From NCBI RefSeq assembly GCF_009914755.1, contig NC_060936.1: a stretch of DNA of 64,000 nucleotides; one strand, 5' to 3'. This DNA is from the human T2T-CHM13v2.0 reference genome, Homo sapiens. Numbering within the stretch: position 1 is the first letter of the stretch; every line of letters starts with the position of its first letter. Below the pieces are notes generated by a model that saw only the letters and a program-made list of their open reading frames with translations, ran no database searches and was not told where the DNA came from. Below, one piece after another: positions 57,171-64,000 of this stretch. Both the position numbers and the translations under genes were made by a program.

Positions 57171-58059
57171 ACATACATATTTTGTTTCATTTATTTTTGT
57201 AGGCTTTTTAATCACCCTGAAATACTTTGGTGGGTATTTTTTCTGATTATATAAGTAATGTATAAAATTTGTCTACAATAATAATTGCTCCAGAAAACTC
57301 TAAGAAAGAAAGAACTACCTTTACTCCCATCACCCTTAGAGAATCATTGTAAACATTTTGGTAATCATTTCTTACACACATATACCCACATATACAGATA
57401 ATTTTTAAAGAATAAGATATCATACATACTGTTTTTGTTAACCACAAACTGTCTTATTGGCAAATCTACATACATACACATACACGCTCACACACATGTG
57501 TCTACACAATTCAACACACATGTATAAGGGCTTTTCAGTCCTGGTTTGTCTTACAGAAATAGAGCCATATCCTTATGCATTTCTGCCTATTCCTTCTCTC
57601 ACCTTACAATGCATCATGAATATCGCTGCCTTGGAGCACTTGGAACATGAAGCCAGGCCAGTGTGCGGTGTAAAAGTATGATAAGGGCTGAGGAGTCTTG
57701 TCTGCGATGTGCAGGTTAATAGGAGTCATAACATCTGAATGGGAGAGAACCCTGGATGTCGGCCTCTTTGTTGATTCACATTCAAGAGGTGAAGGAGCAG
57801 CACCTAGAGAAGGGCCAAGGGCCATGACTTGCCCAACAATAACCCCAGGAACAATAATAGGAAGAAAAACATGCAATATGGACAAGCACTTGCAATGCCC
57901 AAGTGTCCATCTTAGAGGATCTCATCTATGGGGTCCAAGCTTTAAAACATCTTTGACATAAAGCTGTGTCTTGCTTGCAGTTGATGACATGGCACAGATT
58001 ACCTGGCAGTGGTTTTCTTAGTGTGGTGTCATAGATTTAGCAATATCCAGTCCGTGTTT

Positions 58060-58340
58060 TTCACAGGTCACATGACAATCTATTAAACACAGATGTGCCG
58101 GCCATTTTCTAGGTACCATTCTGGTATGGGGGACACAGCAATTAAATAGAACAGAAGCGGTCCCTGCCCTCAAGGAAGCAGCATGCTAGTGATAGAGAGA
58201 AGCAGATAATAAGAAAATGCATGAGAATCTTACGGAGATGATGGGCGACATGAATAGGACACTGCTGGAGAGGGGCTTAGGTGGGGGCTGCTGGGGATGG
58301 GGTGGTCCTCAAGGAGGGGACACTGGAGTCAGTTAGCAAG
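58060..58340 (-). mobile_element. L2 fragment
   Basis: GGGGACACAGCA...GTCCCTGCCCTCAAGGA. Confidence 0.55.
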
Positions 58341-59428
58341 GAAAATAATGATTATTAATGCCTGTACCTGGCTGTACCTCCTATTTGGACAGCACCCTAT
58401 GTACATCCCCTCACCCTAATGACACTGACACACAATACCCCACCCTGTGCCCCCTGGGTGCCCCCACCCTGGTCCTCAGCCCTGCATGTGCCTTCCGCAG
58501 GACTCCTGCAGCCATGGGTTGCTAGGCACTGCCCAGGACAGGGTGGGGATGCTGAGATTTAAAGCATCATTAGAGAAAGTTCATCTATTGAATTTCCAGT
58601 GCAGCCTGTCTGACCTCCAGGGCACGATACTAGCTAATGGATCCCAGTGCAGAGCTAAAAATAATGCATTTGGGCAACAAGCAGGCCTGGCTTTTCCCCA
58701 GTGACCAAAGGTGCCTGCGTTAGCTCCGGCACATGGAGAGCAACCTTGCTCAGCCAACAGCCTGATAGTTGCCCTGAGCTTGGGCTCCCGTCAGCACTAA
58801 ACTTTCTCTGTGCTGAACCTACTATTGATTTTGCAGGCTCCAAGTCCTTGAGAGTGTGAAGTTCTTTGGCAACAGCCCTAAGTTTTTAGGGTATCTACAG
58901 GATGCATTACTGCTTTCGGGTGGCATCCCTCCCTAAACAGCAGGACAGCAGAAGAGAGTTTTCTATTTGTTCTTGTCATGGCTGAGGGGCTTTGGAAGAA
59001 ACTCTGGAAGGTCTTTATCCTCAAGAGCCATTTGGTGGTTCTCAGATGAAAGAAAATTAAAGAGAACAAAGAAATTCCTGGAATCCAGAAGTCCCGGACT
59101 CCAAGCCAAGCTGGGTGACATTGCCCTACCGTAGCCCCTTTGTGGACTTGGGGTCCCTGCTGTAAAGCAAGGACGCTCATTCCTTGAGGGGCTCTTCTAG
59201 TGCCCGCATTCCATCTGGGATTCAAAGTGCAGTTTAAATGGCATGCTTAAGAGCTTGAACTCTGCCACTGACAAGTTCTTCTATAAGCCTCAGTTCTTTC
59301 ATCTGCAAAATGGGGGAAGCCCCAGGCCTACCCCAGAAGATTGTTTTGAGTTTGAACGCAGTCATCCATCTCAAGCATGCAGGACGATGCCTTTGTGTCA
59401 ACTCTTCCTCCTACCCAGGCAGCCCTAG

Positions 59429-59645
59429 ACCAGTGGTTCTCTGTGGGGTGACTGAACCCCCTGAGAACATCTAGCAATGTCTGGAGACATTTTTGGTTGT
59501 CACACCTGGAGCAGAGGCTGCTGGCATCTAGTGGTTAGAAGTTAAGGACGCTGCTTGTACATCCTGCGATTCCAGGACAGCCCTCACAACAAAGAATTAT
59601 CTGACCCCAAATGTCAATCATGCGGAGGTTGAGAAGTCCCGCCCT
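59429..59645. mobile_element. MER20 hAT element
   Basis: CAGTGGTTCTC...TGTCTGGAGACATTTTTGGTTGTCAC...CTGGCATCTAGTGG...GAGGTTGAGAA. Confidence 0.85.
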
Positions 59646-59759
59646 AGGCCGAGCAGACACCACGGGGTCTCCAGTCTCCTGTGGGAGGACGCTCATTGCC
59701 ATGAAAGTGCCTGGTGTGGTGACTTAGTCTGGAAGAAAGGGCCACTGCCTTTGGCCTCA

Positions 59760-59950
59760 GACAGACTCCTGTTATGTCTTTCTGTCACTTATCTTCTGAG
59801 TGATCTTGGGGAAGTCAACCTCTCTGAGCCTCAGTGTCCTTATCTCAAATATGGAGATCCTAAGAGTCATATTGCATAGATGCTACTCAAAGATTGAAAA
59901 AGAAAAGGCATGTGACACGCCTGGCACATATTAAGTGCTCAATAATTGTC
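59760..59950 (+). mobile_element. MIR
   Basis: AACCTCTCTGAGCCTCAG...CCTGGCACATATTAAGTGCTCAATAA. Confidence 0.7.
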
Positions 59951-60099
59951 AGGTAGCACTGGTAATGGGGGTCATGGCAGCTGCAATATTCACTAAGCTC
60001 TGCTGAGAGCTGAGAGCTGTTCAAAGCAGAGAGTTCTCCACACTGTATTGGCTAGTGGACTTGGGTCTTTATTTAATCACTGGGAGGCTAGACTTGCAT

Positions 60100-60420
60100 T
60101 AGGCAGCTATTGCTGTGATAATGCTGCATAACAAAACAACCTGACATCTCAGTAACTTAACAACAGCAAGCACTGGTTTCTCCCTCAGGGGTCCCTGGGT
60201 TAAGTAGAGCAGCCCTGCCTCAGTGTGCCAGTTGTGTGGGCTGGGATCCAGATTTGTTTTGGGTTTGGGTTGGCTCTGTGTGTCTCATTTTGGTGGCAAA
60301 AGGCAGCAGCACCTTGAGAACATTCTTCTCATGGTGGCTTATAGGAGCACAAGTGGCCAGGCAAAGCCCTGAAAGCACATTTGGGGCCTTTGTGGACCTG
60401 ACACCCAGTAACATCCTGCT
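60100..60420 (-). mobile_element. Old MLT1 LTR fragment
   Basis: GCTATTGCTGTGATAATGCTGCATAACAAA...TCTCAGTAACTTAACAACA. Confidence 0.6.
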
Positions 60421-60469
60421 TTACAGCCATAGTCTTTACAGTCATAATCCTTTCATCAAAGCTATGATT

Positions 60470-61030
60470 TCCTCATTCTCTTCACGGATATTTACTGAGC
60501 ACGTACTATGCTCTGGGGATACAGTCATGAACCAACTGCGCCAGAACCCCACTTTCACAAATTTATCTGTAATAGCAGAGATAGAAAGTATATAAGTAAA
60601 CAAACATAAAAGCAAGTTCATTTCAAATATTGTAGATGCTATGGAGAAAACCAAGAGGGTAATGGGACGAGGAGAGGATTCACAGGGCTAGTTCATGGTC
60701 AACCATCATGGAAGCTTCTCTGGGGAGGTAGCATTTGAGCTGAGATCTAAATGCCAAGAGCTTGGGAAAGAGCTGTCCAAGCAGAAAGAACAGCAAGTGC
60801 AAAGGCCCCAGGGTATGAACAGGCTTTGCAAGTCCAAGGAACAAAAGAACAGCCAGGATGAAGGAGGATGAAGAGTAAGAAGACGAAGAGAAAACGTTAA
60901 GATGCATGAAATAGGCAGGGCCAGGTCGTCCAAGGCCTTGGAGTCTGTGTTCAGAATTTTGTTTTACTCTCAGAGCAATATGACACTGCAGGGTATTCTG
61001 GTTTGGGGTTTAAGTAGATCACTCGAGAAA
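60470..61030 (-). mobile_element. L2 fragment
   Basis: ATATTTACTGAGCACGTACTATG...CATTTGAGCTGAGA...GAACAGCAAGTGCAAAGGCCC. Confidence 0.75.
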
Positions 61031-61039
61031 GGATGAGGC

Positions 61040-61175
61040 AGGTACTACTCTAAGTCTTATTTTACAAATGAGGAAATTCAGGCCCAGAGAAGCTGAGTGA
61101 CTGGCCCAAAGCCGCACAGCTGATTAGTAGCAGAGCCAGGATTCGAACTCAGGTCTGCCTGATCACCAAGCCCAC
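61040..61175 (-). mobile_element. MIR
   Basis: ATTTTACAAATGAGGAAA...GCAGAGCCAGGATTCGAACTCAGGTCTG. Confidence 0.75.
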
Positions 61176-61254
61176 ATGGCCTCAGATTCCCAGCAGGCTC
61201 AGGCAAGTATGGGAATATGCTGTCATCATAGACTGATATTAAGATTTACCCATA

Positions 61255-61455
61255 GCTGCGCTGCCCAGTATGACAGCTGCTAACCATGTGTGACTATTTA
61301 AATTAGTTAGAATGGAATAAAATGAAAATTTCAGCTCCTCAGTCACTCTAGCCACATCTCAGGTGCTCATTAGTCACATGTGGCTAGTGTCTACCACACT
61401 GGACAGCACACATATGGGACATTTCCATCATCACAGAAAGTTCTATGGGAAGCAC
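61255..61455. mobile_element. MER3 hAT MITE
   Basis: GCTGCGCTGCCCAGTA...CACATGTGGCTAGTG...CATCACAGAAAGTTCTAT. Confidence 0.75.
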
Positions 61456-61903
61456 AGAATCAAAACCTTTGACTGGTAGGAGCTATGCCACACATTCGTT
61501 CCTAGGAAAGGTTGATGGATAAACCTTTTTTGGCCTAGAACTGGCCAAAAAGATCAGGTTGTTCTGACCCTCTGATTTAAGCTACAGATAATATCCTGTT
61601 CTAATAAAAGACTTTTATGGAACATAAGACCATTTACTGATGAGTCAGATTTTACTTGAGCCAAATAGGGCTCCATGTGAGTGCACTTAAATGGAAAGAG
61701 AAGTTTTTAAGTCTCACGGACCTTGCAGCTGGTCTCTGCATTGATGAAAAGTTTCTGGTCAGGTTCATGAAGCACGGGATACAGTCCAGTTTGAGACCCA
61801 GGTGTCTGGTTAGCCTCGGGGAAGATGTAGCTCTGGAAATCAGTTCTTCTATTCTTGTTTTTTCTCCTGCCAGATCCTATCATTCCTGTCCCACTTTGAC
61901 CCC

Positions 61904-62205
<302 letters not shown>

Positions 62206-62462
62206 TTATATCTGAGAGGATGATTTTGGTTAACAGACCCAAACCGAGTTAAGGGGGAAAACATCTAGGGGTTCCTATATCTGAACTGTAAGAGATTTCC
62301 TGGCTTCTGGGATGGCTGGATCCAGGGGCTCAAATGAAGTAATCAGTATTTTTATGTTATTTCCGACTTTCCATCACTTGGCTTAGCATTCTCCATACTG
62401 ATCACAGCCTCTGACAAGTTGTCCTGTCCTACCATGGCTGCAGACAGCTACCAGACTGTATC

Positions 62463-62794
<332 letters not shown>

Positions 62795-63519
62795 TAGAAA
62801 TCTAGCAGAAAAGCAAGTACCTTTTGTGTGGCCTGGCTTGAATCAAAATCCTGAGGTCTCCTCTGATTGCTCCCGCTTAGGTCCGTCCTGTGCTAACCTC
62901 TGAGCCAATTGCTGTGGCTAGGAATGAGAAGCTCTGATTGGCTTAGGCCATCGTCACATGATTTCACTCTTCTGGCTGGAGGCGGAGCTTCAGCCAAACC
63001 TCTACACAGGAGTGGGGCAAGGGAAGACCCCCAAAGAAACTAGGGCTGTGGCCACAGGGAGCTCCATGGGATGACAGTGGGGGCTCCTCTCCTCCACCCC
63101 CTTATTCTTTGTCGCCTGATTGTTCCCTGTCCCAGCACCTCCTCTCCATTTCTAATGTGGCCTGGGTTAGGGGAATAGCCCATGTCAGCCCCACCCATGA
63201 ATGGGTTTTCCTTGATGACATTCATCCAAGCAATGGTTCCCGATCTAGCCGAGGGCGGAGAGGAATGGGAGAACGGGGTACTCTCTGGGCGTCTCCCAGC
63301 AAGGTGCTGCCCGTTGGTTCTCCTAGGAAGGCGTTGGTCCTGCATTATCTGTGAGAGGCCTCAGCACTGCTGGCGTGGCCGTTAACACTCTCTGTGTGTA
63401 GGAAGCTTCAGAAGAATGACTCCAAATCAGAAAACGGATGCAAGAAGAAAATATCAGACATATAACGCTATTGAAACAGAGCATCGCCCGCCCCAGGTGG
63501 GAGTGGTGTGCACACACTC

Positions 63520-63810
63520 TGTCACAGTTTTCCAGAGCTGCCATAACACAGTGCCACACACTGGTGACTTAAACAACAGATATTTACGTTCTCACAGCTC
63601 TGGAGGCCAGAAGTCTGGAGTCAAGGTGTGGACAGGGCCACCCCTCCTCCGAGGCCTCCAGGGAACAATCCCAGGCAACGGCTGCTGGCGGACACCTTGC
63701 CTCTTCCAGCATCTGGAACAGGGCACTCTTCCTTGGTTTGTAGAGGCATCACCGCATTCTCTGCCTGCATCTTCACATGGCCGTCCTCCCTGTGCGTCCG
63801 CCTCTGTGTT
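63520..63810 (-). mobile_element. MLT1 LTR fragment
   Basis: GCTGCCATAACA...GACTTAAACAACAGA...TCTGGAGGCCAGAAGTC. Confidence 0.75.
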
Positions 63811-64000
63811 TTAGGGCTTTAGGATCTCGAGTGCCTTATTAAGGAGAAAGAAGACAGATGGTGCAGAGGGTGACCTGGGGCAGGAGCTGCGGGAGAGAAA
63901 CTGCACGCGTGGTGCGGTCAGATCTGATTAAGGCTGTCATCCTGGAAGCCTCTCCCCACTCTCCTCTTCCAACCCCCTTGTAAACACCCTTCTGGGGCTA

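Noticed and set aside
59519-59538. CTCF-like motif on the - strand in MER20
   Set aside because: CCACTAGATGCCAG lacks a key core G and is ordinary MER20 sequence.

Overview
Primate (almost certainly human) genomic DNA. Nearly all of the window is intronic. It holds one internal protein-coding exon on the + strand (50220-50363, 144 bp, phase 0/0), whose translation [49 protein letters not shown] recognise as TMEM132C (family certain, paralog call from memory). The rest is dense with interspersed repeats (about 20 Alus, L1/L2 fragments, MIRs, MaLR/ERVL LTRs, hAT and mariner MITEs) and tandem repeats: a 3.4-kb 35-bp minisatellite, a 37-bp minisatellite, a 740-bp GAT/GGT tract, CA-rich arrays and STRs. 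All other ORFs in the track look like repeat artefacts. There is no prokaryotic, CRISPR or RNA-gene signal, and I cannot support a new multi-gene system. The best leads are: (1) a ~630-bp composite at 44.4-45.0 kb bounded by 32-bp inverted repeats and built from direct and inverted copies of a neighbouring array; (2) the 35-bp VNTR, whose units carry a forkhead motif and a U1-complementary GTGAGT; (3) a near-consensus 79-nt poison-exon candidate and a 15-nt in-frame microexon candidate beside a CTCF motif; (4) a 137-bp local non-tandem duplication inserted into an L2; (5) two Alus enclosed in a single target-site duplication (TSD). Repeat subfamily names and old-repeat boundaries are by-eye estimates.
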